From Prochlorococcus sp. AG-355-B18 (GTDB lineage: Bacteria; Cyanobacteriota; Cyanobacteriia; PCC-6307; Cyanobiaceae), in NCBI GenBank assembly GCA_003280965.1, contig QCDI01000006.1, positions 1 through 64,000 on the forward strand: a stretch of DNA of 64,000 nucleotides, in the 5' to 3' direction. The notes beneath the pieces are model-generated. The model was not told the origin of the DNA. It worked only from the letters and a program-made list of their open reading frames with translations, and searched no databases. A program made the translations under genes and the position numbers. The number at the start of each line of letters is the position of its first letter. Within the stretch, counting starts at the first letter, position 1. Below, piece by piece: positions 32,397 to 43,210 of the stretch.

Positions 32397-34805
32397 GTGA
32401 CCCAAACAAACAACTTCCTTTTTAAGTCTTTAAACAATGAACAACTTCAAGCAGTAAAGCATGTTTATGGACCACTTTTAGTTGTTGCAGGTGCCGGTAG
32501 CGGAAAGACAAAAGCTCTTACCCACAGAATTGCAAATCTTATTGAAAACAACTGTATTGATCCTTATAACGTTCTTGCGGTCACTTTTACAAACAAAGCT
32601 GCTAAAGAAATGAAAGCGAGGTTAGAAGTTCTTCTTGCACAAGAATTAGCTTTTAATCAATTTGGTCAGCCATGGTCAACTCTTAAAGAAATTGAGCAAA
32701 ATCAATTAAGAACAAACGTGCATCAAGAGAGACTTCAAAACCTTTGGATAGGTACCTTTCATTCGTTATTTTCAAGACTTCTTAGATATGATATTGAAAA
32801 ATATAATGACCCTGAAGGATTAAAATGGACAAGACAATTTTCAATTTACGATGAAACAGATTCTCAAACATTAGTAAAAGAAATTATCAGTCAAGATATG
32901 AATCTTGATCCCAAAAGATATGATCCCAAAAAGATTAAAAGGTTAATAAGTAATGCAAAGAATCAATGCTTAACTTCGAATGATCTTCTAGAAAAAGCGG
33001 ATAATAATTTTGATAAAACAGTTGCAGAAGCCTACAAGAGATATAGGATTTCACTTTCAAAAAATAATTCTTTAGATTTTGATGATCTTCTACTTTTGCC
33101 TGTTTTCTTATTGAGGCAAAATGATGTAGTGAGAGATTACTGGCACAAAAGATTTAAACATATTCTAGTTGACGAATATCAAGATACGAATAGAACACAA
33201 TATGAACTTATAAAATTAATTACAGCTGGAAATACTCTACCAAAAAAATTCTTTAATTGGGAAGACCGTTCAATTTTTGTAGTAGGGGATGCTGATCAAA
33301 GTATTTATAGTTTCAGAGCAGCTGACTTCAGAATTCTAATTGGTTTTCAAGAAGATTTTAAAACTGCATTTGATGATGATTCAAAGTCATCTTTAATTAA
33401 ATTAGAAGAAAATTATAGGTCATCATCTAATATTCTTGATGCTGCAAATTCACTAATTGAAAACAACTCTGAGAGAATTGAGAAAGTTTTAAGGGCTACT
33501 AAAGAAAAAGGGGAGCTTTTAAAGTTACTCAGCTGTGATGATGAAATTTCTGAGGCAGAAGCAATTACCAATAAAATTAAATCACTCAATAATTACAATC
33601 AAAACCCAATTTGGAGAAATTTTGCGATCTTATATCGAACAAGAGCTCAGTCAAGAGTACTAGAGGAATCTCTTGTAAGGTGGCGCATTCCCTACACAAT
33701 TTACGGAGGATTGCGTTTTTACGATAGAAGGGAAATTAAAGATGCAATAGCATATTTGAAAGTTCTGGTTAATTCTTCAGATAACGTAAGTCTTTTGCGT
33801 ATCATAAATGTTCCTAGAAGAGGGATTGGTAAGACTACTATTCAAAAACTTAATGAACTATCTAACAGATTAAATATTCCATTATGGGAAGTTCTTAATG
33901 ATAAGCAAAGTCTTGAAGAAACAATAGGCAGATCATCAAAAGGAATTAATAAATTTATTGAAGTTATGAATGATTTACTTTGTTATCTAGAAAATTCAGG
34001 CCCTGCTCAACTTTTACAACTAATTTTAGAAAAAAGTGGCTATTTAAGCAACTTATTAGCTAGTGGGACAGAAGAATCTGAAGATAGAAGAAATAACTTA
34101 CAAGAATTAATTAATGCAGCTACTCAATATGAAGAAGAAACAGAAAGTGGAGATGTAGAGGGTTTTCTTTCTACAGCAGCCTTAACAACTGATAATGATA
34201 CGAAGAAGAATAATCCCAACTCCGTAACTCTCATGACTATGCACAATAGTAAAGGTTTAGAATTTCAAAATGTTTTTATTACTGGACTAGAACAAGGTCT
34301 CTTCCCGAGCCATAGATCAATAGATACTCCCTCACTTCTAGAGGAGGAAAGAAGATTATGCTACGTAGGTATTACTAGAGCGAAAGAAAGAGTTTTCCTA
34401 AGTCATGCCAGAGAAAGAAGATTATGGGGTGGAATGCGTGAAGCAACAATTCCTTCAATATTTCTCTCGGAAATACCTGAAGATTTAATAGATGGTGAAT
34501 TACCCCAAACCGGTGGTGCTTCAATTAGAAGAGATTGGCATCTTGATCGTTTAACAAGAGTTGATCGAAATAATCCAAATGAGTATGTTAACAAACCCAT
34601 AAATGCAGTAAGAAAATTATATTCAGGACCAAGTAAGGGGAAAAGCTGGATAGTTGGAGATAAGCTAATTCACTCAAAATTTGGGAAAGGCGAAATCATA
34701 CATATTTTTGGGAGCGGTGAAAAAATATCTCTAGCAGTAAAATTTGGTGATAAAGGAAGTAAAATACTAGATCCTAGACTAGCTCCAATTCGTTATGTAA
34801 GTTAA
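32397..34805 (+). CDS. uvrD: UvrD/PcrA DNA helicase
   Basis: AGAGSGKT, VDEYQD, VGDADQSIY, NYRS, EERRLCYVGITRA. Confidence 0.97.
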   Translation: MTQTNNFLFKSLNNEQLQAVKHVYGPLLVVAGAGSGKTKALTHRIANLIENNCIDPYNVLAVTFTNKAAKEMKARLEVLLAQELAFNQFGQPWSTLKEIEQNQLRTNVHQERLQNLWIGTFHSLFSRLLRYDIEKYNDPEGLKWTRQFSIYDETDSQTLVKEIISQDMNLDPKRYDPKKIKRLISNAKNQCLTSNDLLEKADNNFDKTVAEAYKRYRISLSKNNSLDFDDLLLLPVFLLRQNDVVRDYWHKRFKHILVDEYQDTNRTQYELIKLITAGNTLPKKFFNWEDRSIFVVGDADQSIYSFRAADFRILIGFQEDFKTAFDDDSKSSLIKLEENYRSSSNILDAANSLIENNSERIEKVLRATKEKGELLKLLSCDDEISEAEAITNKIKSLNNYNQNPIWRNFAILYRTRAQSRVLEESLVRWRIPYTIYGGLRFYDRREIKDAIAYLKVLVNSSDNVSLLRIINVPRRGIGKTTIQKLNELSNRLNIPLWEVLNDKQSLEETIGRSSKGINKFIEVMNDLLCYLENSGPAQLLQLILEKSGYLSNLLASGTEESEDRRNNLQELINAATQYEEETESGDVEGFLSTAALTTDNDTKKNNPNSVTLMTMHNSKGLEFQNVFITGLEQGLFPSHRSIDTPSLLEEERRLCYVGITRAKERVFLSHARERRLWGGMREATIPSIFLSEIPEDLIDGELPQTGGASIRRDWHLDRLTRVDRNNPNEYVNKPINAVRKLYSGPSKGKSWIVGDKLIHSKFGKGEIIHIFGSGEKISLAVKFGDKGSKILDPRLAPIRYVS

Positions 34806-34810
34806 AACTC

Positions 34811-36058
34811 ATGAATGATATTTCTGAATATATACACGGGGAATTAATTAAAATTCCATTCAATCTATATAACCTAATTACTAAATACATAGAATCTAAT
34901 AATGATACTAAGGTAGCTTTTGTTGGGGGTTATTTAAGGGATTTATTAATAAGTAAATTCCACAAAAAATCCTTTTCTGATCCTGTAGATATAGATCTTG
35001 TTATTGAAGGTTCCTCTGTTTCTCTGGCAAAATTTATAAAAAAAAATATTGTAAATGTAGATTTATGTTTAATCAAGGAATTCAATTTATACAACACTGT
35101 AGAAATAAATATTAATGACTATAAAATTGATATTGCTACTGCAAGAAAAGAAATTTATTCTGCTCCAGGATTAAATCCTACAGTAACAGAAAGTACTATT
35201 GAGGAGGATCTTAGGAGGAGAGATTTCACTATAAATTCGATAGCCTTCGAGGTCTCAAAAAGGAAAATCTATGATCTTTTTGGAGGAATTTCTGATATAA
35301 AAAGTAAAAAATTAAACCTACTACACAGTAATAGTATTTCAGATGATCCAAGTAGATTAATTAGATGTGCAAAATATGCTTCAAGGTTAGATTTCAATAT
35401 TTCAAATAATTCCCTCAAACAATGTCAAGAAACAGTTAGACAATGGCCATGGAAAAGTTCAGAAACACATCAGAAAATAATATACCCCCCCGCACTTGGC
35501 ATACGAATAAGGATGGAACTAGCTGAAATATGCAAACACGATAATTTGAATAATGTAATTTCGATAATTCATAAATGGGAAATTATCTCAATTTTAAATG
35601 AAAATATTAAAGTCGATGAAAGGTTTTTAAGAGGACTAAATTGGATAAAGAAGTTAAATGGTAATTATATGCTTTACTTGTTAAAAGATTCAGAAGATTT
35701 AGAAAAAGCATGTCAAAGATTTTTGGTAAATAATAGTGAGATAAAAATATTAGAAGATTATTCAAATATAAAAAAGATATTAAAAACCAACCAAAAAAAA
35801 TTCAATTATTTTTCTCCATCAAGTTGGACAGAATTTATTGAGGACAGAAACCTTAATGATGAGACAGTCAAATTATTAATTTGTGATGGAGGTTTATACT
35901 GGCGTAACTTGTTTAAGTGGTTATTTATTTACAAATTCATAAAATCAAAAAAAGATGGAGAAACATTAAAAAAAGAAGGATGGGATCCAGGGAAGGAAAT
36001 GGGAAAGGAAATCAAACGATTAAGATATTTGGAAATTGACAACTTGAATAGAAATTGA
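34811..36058 (+). CDS. cca: tRNA nucleotidyltransferase (class II)
   Basis: VGGYLRD, DIDL, DLRRRDFTINS, DDPSRLIR. Confidence 0.9.
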   Translation: MNDISEYIHGELIKIPFNLYNLITKYIESNNDTKVAFVGGYLRDLLISKFHKKSFSDPVDIDLVIEGSSVSLAKFIKKNIVNVDLCLIKEFNLYNTVEININDYKIDIATARKEIYSAPGLNPTVTESTIEEDLRRRDFTINSIAFEVSKRKIYDLFGGISDIKSKKLNLLHSNSISDDPSRLIRCAKYASRLDFNISNNSLKQCQETVRQWPWKSSETHQKIIYPPALGIRIRMELAEICKHDNLNNVISIIHKWEIISILNENIKVDERFLRGLNWIKKLNGNYMLYLLKDSEDLEKACQRFLVNNSEIKILEDYSNIKKILKTNQKKFNYFSPSSWTEFIEDRNLNDETVKLLICDGGLYWRNLFKWLFIYKFIKSKKDGETLKKEGWDPGKEMGKEIKRLRYLEIDNLNRN

Positions 36059-38230
36059 TTACATTTTTACAACTTCTCCAACCTTGTACCATTTATCTTT
36101 AAGAGTACTTTCATATTTACGATTACAACTAATCAACAAGGGGCCACATGTTTGAGGATCCAATAATAATGATATTCTCTCGTTAAAAGTCTCTTTATCT
36201 AATGAATTTTCATTTAAAAAATTAATTATTCTTTTTTGCTGATTTCCTTCATAAATTTTATCAAAAATTTCTTTATTAGATTCAAAGAAAGTACTTTTAA
36301 CATCTTTTCTTATTAAATCAAATACTCCAGGATAAGCTTTAAAAGCAAATAAATCTAATAAAACTTTTAGTGGCTCAAGATTATTTATTTCCCTATATAA
36401 ATTAGATGATTCAACCATCTCTTTAAGATGTCCAATAAATCCATATCCAGTAATGTCAGTCGCAGCATTTACTAATGATTCTTTAAATAGATCTTGAAAA
36501 AGATAAATTTCATCAATCAAATATTGCTGACTCTTTACTAAATTATTAATTATTTCAGAAGAACTACCTAGCATATTAATATTTTGCATTTGACCAGCAA
36601 AGTAAATCCCAACGCCGAGAGGTCTAGACATCATAAGAATATCTCCATCATTCATTCCAGATTTAAGCCATGGTTTTGCTCCATTTTTTAAAATGCCTTG
36701 GACAGTTAAAGAAATATCTATTCCTAATGAATAAGGTTTATTGACTAAACTTCTTGCCTCGAAAGTATGGCCTCCAAGTAATTCACCTCCAAGATCCTCA
36801 ACTGTTGATTTAATACCTTGGAGAGATTGAGAAAAGAGGTAACTCTGAAATTCCCTTTCAACTTTTGGTAATGAAATTAAAGCCTGCGCGGATGAAAGTT
36901 TTGCTCCGCATGCCCACAAATCTGAGCAAGCATGCAAAGTAGTAATTTTTGCATTGAGCCAAGGATCACTTACCAAAGCAGGGAATCCATCAACACTTTG
37001 CAAGATAATATCTTGACCATTTTGATATATCTCAACTGAATCTTCAGGAGATGAAGCAAAAGAATCTAAATTAGATTTGATTAATGATTTATTCAAAAAA
37101 GACTGAGGGATTTTAGCAGCACATCCCCTGCAATCATTCAATGAAATATTTTTTCCACTACCTTTCATTATTAGCCTTTTTGATCTGAACTTATTAATAA
37201 AGTTCAGATCAATTTTATGCTTTAAAATCCAAAAAAGAAAAGAGGGGCCAAAAACAAATTTGCGATAAATAGCAAAAGCCTTTTGATGATGGCTTGGAAA
37301 TATATTTATTATTTGTAATCCAATCCTTTGCGGTAACCACTTTCTTAATGATCCCCCTTCTATATCCTTTTTTAGATTTTTGACTAATGTATTTACAACT
37401 TTTACTGCAAAAACTCCCGATGCTGGTCTTTTCGCTGAATCTACAACTGCGCAATCACCCGCAGCAAAGATTCCAGATAAACTTTTCAACTGCAAATTCT
37501 GATTTGTGATTATTCTTCCATGAGAATCCGAATCTAAAAATTTTTTTTGTACCCACAAAGGAGATGTATTTCCAGTACACAAAAGAATCTTGCCATAATC
37601 AAAATTAAGGTTTTGAACTAAATCAATATTAGAATTCCGTAAACTTTTTAGAATTGTGTTATTAATTTTTCTTGAATCACATAATAATTTTAAAGATCTG
37701 CCTCTCCATCTTTTTCTCAAAGCATATGATACTTCAATTGCAGCAAGGCCACTCCCAACTATTACAAATGGAAGTTCATTAACTGAATCAAAAATGTCCT
37801 CTTTTTGTATTAAGTCATAAGCCCTCAAAAAAGGTTTAATTGTAAAAGCATTACGATTTTTAACTAGTGACTCAAATTCATTTGGAATTATTGTTTGACT
37901 TCCAAAATTAAGAACCAACTTCGAATAATTAACTGAGGGTCTATTACTTAAAACAATTTTTTTTAAATTGAAATCAATATCCTTTACTTCTTCTTCTATA
38001 AAAGATACTTTTGCATTTTTTGCTAAAGATTTTATATCAATCAAACTCTCTTCTAGAGAAATAGATTTTGAAAGCACCGATGGGAACATCGCCGAATAAA
38101 CCAAATGAGAATCTCTAGATATAATTGAAACAGGAATCTCTGGCATTAATTTCGTACACATTAACCATTTCTTAATTAAAAGAACATTTGAGTGTCCTCC
38201 TCCAATTAGTACTAGATGATTAAAAGTCAT
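36059..38230 (-). CDS. selD: selenide, water dikinase fused to an N-terminal FAD-dependent oxidoreductase
   Basis: N: LIGGGHS, GSGLAAIE, FAAGDCA; C: CRGCAAK, QSVDGF, SDLWA, GGHT, TDITGYGFIGHL, DPQTCGPLL. Confidence 0.9.
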   Translation of the reverse strand: MTFNHLVLIGGGHSNVLLIKKWLMCTKLMPEIPVSIISRDSHLVYSAMFPSVLSKSISLEESLIDIKSLAKNAKVSFIEEEVKDIDFNLKKIVLSNRPSVNYSKLVLNFGSQTIIPNEFESLVKNRNAFTIKPFLRAYDLIQKEDIFDSVNELPFVIVGSGLAAIEVSYALRKRWRGRSLKLLCDSRKINNTILKSLRNSNIDLVQNLNFDYGKILLCTGNTSPLWVQKKFLDSDSHGRIITNQNLQLKSLSGIFAAGDCAVVDSAKRPASGVFAVKVVNTLVKNLKKDIEGGSLRKWLPQRIGLQIINIFPSHHQKAFAIYRKFVFGPSFLFWILKHKIDLNFINKFRSKRLIMKGSGKNISLNDCRGCAAKIPQSFLNKSLIKSNLDSFASSPEDSVEIYQNGQDIILQSVDGFPALVSDPWLNAKITTLHACSDLWACGAKLSSAQALISLPKVEREFQSYLFSQSLQGIKSTVEDLGGELLGGHTFEARSLVNKPYSLGIDISLTVQGILKNGAKPWLKSGMNDGDILMMSRPLGVGIYFAGQMQNINMLGSSSEIINNLVKSQQYLIDEIYLFQDLFKESLVNAATDITGYGFIGHLKEMVESSNLYREINNLEPLKVLLDLFAFKAYPGVFDLIRKDVKSTFFESNKEIFDKIYEGNQQKRIINFLNENSLDKETFNERISLLLDPQTCGPLLISCNRKYESTLKDKWYKVGEVVKM

Positions 38231-38240
38231 TTAAATCACA

Positions 38241-39149
38241 ATGAATAAAGAACATTTATTACCAATTGAAAAATCAAGATTAGGAGTAATTGGTGGGAGT
38301 GGATTTTATTCAATGGATCAAATAGAGTATTTAAGAGAAATAGAAATCAATACTCCCTATGGTAAACCTTCTGATTCAATTAGAGTATATAGTCTTGGAA
38401 ATTTAGAGATAGCATTCATTCCTAGGCATGGCAGAACACATAGATTAAATCCTACTGAAATCCCTTATAAAGCTAATATATGGGCCTTAAGATCAATAGG
38501 TGTAAGGTGGATTGTCGCTCCATCAGCAGTTGGTTCATTACAAGAACAAATCAGGCCACTAGATATAGTTGTACCTGACCAATTTATAGACAGGACAAAA
38601 AATAGACCAGCAACGTTCTTTAACGAGGGAGCTGTAGCACATGTAACGATGGGAGATCCCTTTTGTACTAATTTATGCAGAATATTGGGTGAGGTTGGAG
38701 AAAAAAATATTCCTGAAGGAAGACAATTACACAAAGGAGGAACTTATTTAGCCATGGAAGGACCAGCTTTCTCAACACGCGCAGAATCAAATTTATACAG
38801 AAGCTGGGGCTGTTCGATAATAGGAATGACAAATCATACTGAAGCAAGATTAGCAAAAGAGGCTGAAATCGCTTACTCCTCATTATCTATGGTTACTGAT
38901 TATGATTGCTGGCATCAAACCCATCAAGAAGTATCTGTAGAGATGGTTTTGGATAATCTTAGATCAAATACTGAAGTGGCAAATCAAATAATATTTGAAT
39001 TTGCAAAATTAATAGAAAAAGAAAGACCAAAAAGCAAGTCTCATACTTCATTAAGAGATGGCTTAATAACCCAAATAGAAAATATCCCAAGTTTCACAAA
39101 AGAGAAACTAAGGATATTTACCGATTCTTATGGGACTTATTATATTTAA
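38241..39149 (+). CDS. mtnP: S-methyl-5'-thioadenosine phosphorylase
   Basis: GVIGGSG, PRHG, EGPAFSTRAES, GMT, VTDYDCW. Confidence 0.95.
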   Translation: MNKEHLLPIEKSRLGVIGGSGFYSMDQIEYLREIEINTPYGKPSDSIRVYSLGNLEIAFIPRHGRTHRLNPTEIPYKANIWALRSIGVRWIVAPSAVGSLQEQIRPLDIVVPDQFIDRTKNRPATFFNEGAVAHVTMGDPFCTNLCRILGEVGEKNIPEGRQLHKGGTYLAMEGPAFSTRAESNLYRSWGCSIIGMTNHTEARLAKEAEIAYSSLSMVTDYDCWHQTHQEVSVEMVLDNLRSNTEVANQIIFEFAKLIEKERPKSKSHTSLRDGLITQIENIPSFTKEKLRIFTDSYGTYYI

Positions 39150-39178
39150 CTGATTGCTAGGCCAAGGTAAAGATTTTG

Positions 39179-39376
39179 TTAGCCGCCAGCTCCAACACCT
39201 TGATATGAGCCATAGAAGAATATGCCTAAAACAAAGATAACGGCAATTCCACCTGCTGTAGCGACGAGCCATAGAGGAAGAGTCCCTTCGGTCCATCTTC
39301 TTTCCCATGCTACTGCTGGTCTACCATCTGGAAGTCTATCTGGAATTCTTCCATCAGGTCCTTTTAATTTACTCAT
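39179..39376 (-). CDS. psbJ: photosystem II protein J
   Basis: [25 protein letters not shown]. Confidence 0.96.
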   Translation of the reverse strand: MSKLKGPDGRIPDRLPDGRPAVAWERRWTEGTLPLWLVATAGGIAVIFVLGIFFYGSYQGVGAGG

Positions 39377-39385
39377 AGTTTTAAA

Positions 39386-39505
39386 TTAGTTGAAGAAATA
39401 ACTGGAAAATAAAATTCCCAAAACAAATACTGATAATAAGCCTAAGTAAAGACTTGTACGATTAAGTTCGACTGGAACTTTGTTAGGATTTTCGTTTACT
39501 TGCAT
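39386..39505 (-). CDS. psbL: photosystem II protein L
   Basis: [24 protein letters not shown]...SSYFFN; start corrected from the ORF track. Confidence 0.97.
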
Positions 39506-39516
39506 GATAGTTAAAT

Positions 39517-39663
39517 TTATCTGGCTACAAATTGCATTGCAGCAATAGAACCCAAAAAGAATACTGATGGAATGGCTAAAGCGTGAACTGCTAACCAACG
39601 AACAGTAAATATTGGATAAACGCGGACTTCCGCAGCCTGCATTGGAGCTTGAGAATTTGTCAT
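39517..39663 (-). CDS. psbF: cytochrome b559 beta
   Basis: Hand-translated ...[33 protein letters not shown]. Confidence 0.98.
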
Positions 39664-39665
39664 TG

Positions 39666-39914
39666 TTATTTTGTTCTTAAATCTAGTTGGGACTTAGCCT
39701 CATATCTTTGTGTTACGACAGGCGCTTTAGATTCAGATGATTGAAAATAACTGTCCGGACGAGGAGTTCCAAAAGCATCGTAGGCTAAGCCTGTATATAC
39801 GAATAAGAAGCCTGCTATAAAAATAGCTGGCAATGTTACTGCATGAATAATCCAGTACCTAATACTGGTGATTATTTCAAAGAATGGGCGTTCACCCGTT
39901 GAACCTGCGGCCAT
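39666..39914 (-). CDS. psbE: cytochrome b559 alpha
   Basis: [24 protein letters not shown]; alternative GTG start at 39920. Confidence 0.98.
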
Positions 39915-40050
39915 AATCACAAATGTTTACCCCTTGATCTTACAGTGTAAAATCATAAGTTCGTGAAGAAGTTTACAGCTTGGTTACAGACAGTTGCTAA
40001 ATTTATCAAAAATTAAGTTTTTTTTTACTATTTACGCAAGCTTTTCAAAC

Positions 40051-41064
40051 TTAGCTGTTCCATTTAAGAATGTAACCACGCTCGCCAAGTACAAATCCTT
40101 TTGGATTATCTAGGTCTTCCTTATCAAGAAAAAGTATTTTTATGTAATTTGTAGGTAATCCAGAAGCTGTAGGATCTGAATTCCAAGTTTCACCTTGATC
40201 CTTACTTACTATTAAAGTTCCATTACCACCGCCTGCCCATATATCACCATTAGGATCCCATCCAAGGTCTAGATAATTGTATCCATTAAGAATAGGTATA
40301 ATGGGCTTCGACCAATTTTCTACATCGCTATTATCTTCATTAAATCTGATTTCGGCTCCTCTAGAAAGCATCCATAAACTTCCCTCTGGATTAAAACCAA
40401 TACTTTGAACTCTCTTACTGCTTGCTCTTTGGTGAGCTATCCAAGTGTTGCTATCACTATCAAGAGTAGAGAAAAAATTTCCAAGGCTGCTAACGCTCAC
40501 ATAATCACCGGTAGATGTTCTTCTTAAATCTCTAATACCTCCCTGTTCCGAAGGGTCTGATACTTTTGCTTCCCATGTCTCACCGCTATTGGAAGTTTCA
40601 TAAATTGCTGCTGAGGTTGTTGCCAATTGGGCGACTCCTTCATCAATGGTAGTAACTAAAAAAGGCTGGCCTGGCAACTTCCCAAGGGAAAGCCGAGTCC
40701 AATTTTTACCTTCATCGACGGTATGCATTACTAGAGAAGGTTGTCCAATTAACCAACCTTCAGAGCCTTTAAAGTCAATATCAAGAAGGCGAAAATTCTC
40801 TTCCGCAGTAATATCTAATGATCTTTTTTCCCATGTTTCTCCCCCATCATTTGATTCCATAATGAGTCTATTAGAGCCAACTAAAAACCCATGATTATCA
40901 TCTATAAAATCAACATCTAAGGCATTAGCTTGATTTTCAAACTGAATTGTTCTCCAAGGGCTGCTTTCATTCATCTTGACTCCTGTAGATGAACAACTGC
41001 TTAAAACAAAGCAAAGAATTACAGATAAGAGAAGATTGGTAGTACTGGTAAAAGATTTTTTCAT
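40051..41064 (-). CDS. ycf48: PSII assembly factor Ycf48/HCF136
   Basis: Lipobox-like LSSC, BNR repeats (DGGETW), VSSLGNF; between rubA and psbE. Confidence 0.95.
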   Translation of the reverse strand: MKKSFTSTTNLLLSVILCFVLSSCSSTGVKMNESSPWRTIQFENQANALDVDFIDDNHGFLVGSNRLIMESNDGGETWEKRSLDITAEENFRLLDIDFKGSEGWLIGQPSLVMHTVDEGKNWTRLSLGKLPGQPFLVTTIDEGVAQLATTSAAIYETSNSGETWEAKVSDPSEQGGIRDLRRTSTGDYVSVSSLGNFFSTLDSDSNTWIAHQRASSKRVQSIGFNPEGSLWMLSRGAEIRFNEDNSDVENWSKPIIPILNGYNYLDLGWDPNGDIWAGGGNGTLIVSKDQGETWNSDPTASGLPTNYIKILFLDKEDLDNPKGFVLGERGYILKWNS

Positions 41065-41073
41065 TTATTTATA

Positions 41074-41502
41074 TTAATGCAAAGAGTACAAAGAAAGGAA
41101 CATAGCTGCAGCAAAAGCAAGTCCTCCAAAAATCAATATATTTTTTTGTCCAGGGGGCAAACTATTAAAACCAAACCCATAAACTAAATTCTCTTCGAAT
41201 CCACTAGGTTTTGCTCTGGATCCAATGTCCTTATAAAAATTTTTACCAGCTCTACAAACAGGGCAAGCGAAAGTATTCCCGTCCAACTCTGAAAAAGGGG
41301 TATTTTTAGGTATGTTCAATTTTTTATTTCCTTCTAACGGATCATAAATGTATCCACAACTTCTACATTCGAATCTATTTTGTTCTAGATTAATAGTAGG
41401 TTGTTTAACATTTACTTCTGAGGGGTTTTTAGAAAGATTTTCTTTCTTAAGATTTTCAACTATTTTGTTTTCCTCAGAGGTTGGTTGAATGTTTTCACTC
41501 AC
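41074..41502 (-). CDS. rubA: membrane-anchored rubredoxin
   Basis: ECRSCGYIYDP...CPVC, C-terminal TM. Confidence 0.95.
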   Translation of the reverse strand: MSENIQPTSEENKIVENLKKENLSKNPSEVNVKQPTINLEQNRFECRSCGYIYDPLEGNKKLNIPKNTPFSELDGNTFACPVCRAGKNFYKDIGSRAKPSGFEENLVYGFGFNSLPPGQKNILIFGGLAFAAAMFLSLYSLH

Positions 41503-41578
41503 AGTTTATTATTATTCTTTAAGAACTTTAAAAGATTTTGCTTAATTAAGCGAATTTTATTCAAAATTAATTTTTAAT

Positions 41579-41941
41579 ATGTTTTTATTATCTGGCTATG
41601 AATATTTTTTAGGTTTTCTCTTAATTGCTTCTGCTGTTCCAATTTTAGCTCTAATTACTAATCTTATAGTTGCCCCTAAAGGTAGAACTGGTGAAAGAAA
41701 ACTTACCTATGAATCAGGAATGGAGCCTATTGGGGGAGCATGGATTCAATTTAATATTCGTTATTACATGTTCGCCTTAGTTTTCGTTATATTTGATGTG
41801 GAGACAGTATTCCTTTATCCTTGGGCTGTTGCCTTCAATAGATTAGGCTTATTAGCTTTTATTGAGGCCTTAATTTTTATTGCAATACTTGTTATTGCTT
41901 TAGCCTACGCATGGAGAAAAGGTGCTTTAGAATGGAGTTAA
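41579..41941 (+). CDS. ndhC: NDH-1 subunit 3
   Basis: [26 protein letters not shown]. Confidence 0.98.
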   Translation: MFLLSGYEYFLGFLLIASAVPILALITNLIVAPKGRTGERKLTYESGMEPIGGAWIQFNIRYYMFALVFVIFDVETVFLYPWAVAFNRLGLLAFIEALIFIAILVIALAYAWRKGALEWS

Positions 41942-41945
41942 ACAA

Positions 41946-42680
41946 TTGAATCCACAATTATCCCCAAAAGCAATAAGAGAAATCAGAGAAGGAACTTGCA
42001 ATCCGCTTGGTGCTCCACAAGTTACTACTGATTTAAGCGAAAATATAATATTAACTAGCTTAGACGATCTACATAATTGGGCTAGATTAAGTAGTCTTTG
42101 GCCTCTCCTGTATGGAACAGCTTGTTGTTTTATTGAATTTGCTGCACTAATTGGATCTAGATTTGATTTTGATAGATTTGGATTAGTTCCAAGAAGTTCG
42201 CCAAGACAAGCAGATTTATTAATAGTTGCAGGGACAGTAACAATGAAGATGGCTCCAGCTTTAGTAAGACTTTATGAGCAGATGCCTGAGCCAAAATATG
42301 TGATTGCAATGGGTGCTTGTACAATTACAGGAGGAATGTTTAGTGCAGACTCTACTACTGCTGTCAGGGGAGTTGACAAGTTGATACCAGTCGATTTATA
42401 TCTTCCTGGATGTCCTCCAAGACCCGAAGCAATCTTTGATGCTGTAATAAAATTAAGAAAAAAAGTTGGTAATGAATCAATCTTAGAAAGAACAAAAACA
42501 GAGCAAACCCACAGGTATTTTACTTTTGATCACCAAATGAATATAGTTTTCTCAGAAAATACCGGTGAATATCTAAACAAAACTTCAACGAATGTTATTC
42601 CTTCCTCCAAAAAAGAAAAAATAACCGAGTCGCAGGAAAATAGCGAAAAAGTTGAAATTATCAATAGCGAAGAAGATTAA
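41946..42680 (+). CDS. ndhK: NDH-1 subunit K
   Basis: [22 protein letters not shown]. Confidence 0.98.
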   Translation: MNPQLSPKAIREIREGTCNPLGAPQVTTDLSENIILTSLDDLHNWARLSSLWPLLYGTACCFIEFAALIGSRFDFDRFGLVPRSSPRQADLLIVAGTVTMKMAPALVRLYEQMPEPKYVIAMGACTITGGMFSADSTTAVRGVDKLIPVDLYLPGCPPRPEAIFDAVIKLRKKVGNESILERTKTEQTHRYFTFDHQMNIVFSENTGEYLNKTSTNVIPSSKKEKITESQENSEKVEIINSEED

Positions 42681-43210
42681 TGGAAAAAGACGGTTTAGCC
42701 AAATCCTCGGACACTTCAATAGAAAACGAAGGTTTTTTTAGTCAAATTTTATCTAAAGATGGAATACCAAATCAATCATTAGATAATGACCACATAGGAA
42801 TAGAAAACATTTCCGTTGAACCTAGTAATTTATATGAAGCAGTATCGGCATTAAGAAATTACGGTTTCAACTATCTGCAATGTCAAGGTGGCTATGATGA
42901 AGGACCAGGCAAAAATCTTGTTAGTTTCTATCATTTTATAACTGTTGATGACTTTCAAAAGATTGAAAAAATTAAAGAAGTTAGATTAAAAGTTTTTTTA
43001 AAAAGAGATGCTGATTTATCTATCCCTAGTTTATATAAAATCTTTAGAGGAAGTGATTGGCAAGAAAGAGAAACATATGACATGTATGGAATAAATTTTA
43101 TTGACCATCCAAATCCTAAAAGACTCTTAATGCCTGAAGACTGGAGAGGATGGCCATTGAGAAAAGATTATATTCAGCCTGACTTCTATGAACTTCAAGA
43201 TGCTTATTAG
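42680..43210 (+). CDS. ndhJ: NDH-1 subunit J
   Basis: [20 protein letters not shown]. Confidence 0.97.
   Translation: MEKDGLAKSSDTSIENEGFFSQILSKDGIPNQSLDNDHIGIENISVEPSNLYEAVSALRNYGFNYLQCQGGYDEGPGKNLVSFYHFITVDDFQKIEKIKEVRLKVFLKRDADLSIPSLYKIFRGSDWQERETYDMYGINFIDHPNPKRLLMPEDWRGWPLRKDYIQPDFYELQDAY

Noticed and set aside
39506..39598. ORF-track N-terminal extension of psbL
   Set aside because: Overlaps psbF in another frame; psbL starts at ATG 39505
39972..39988. TTTACA-N5-GTTACA upstream of psbE as an RpaB/HLR1 site
   Set aside because: Period is 11 rather than 10 and flanks are off-consensus; too weak
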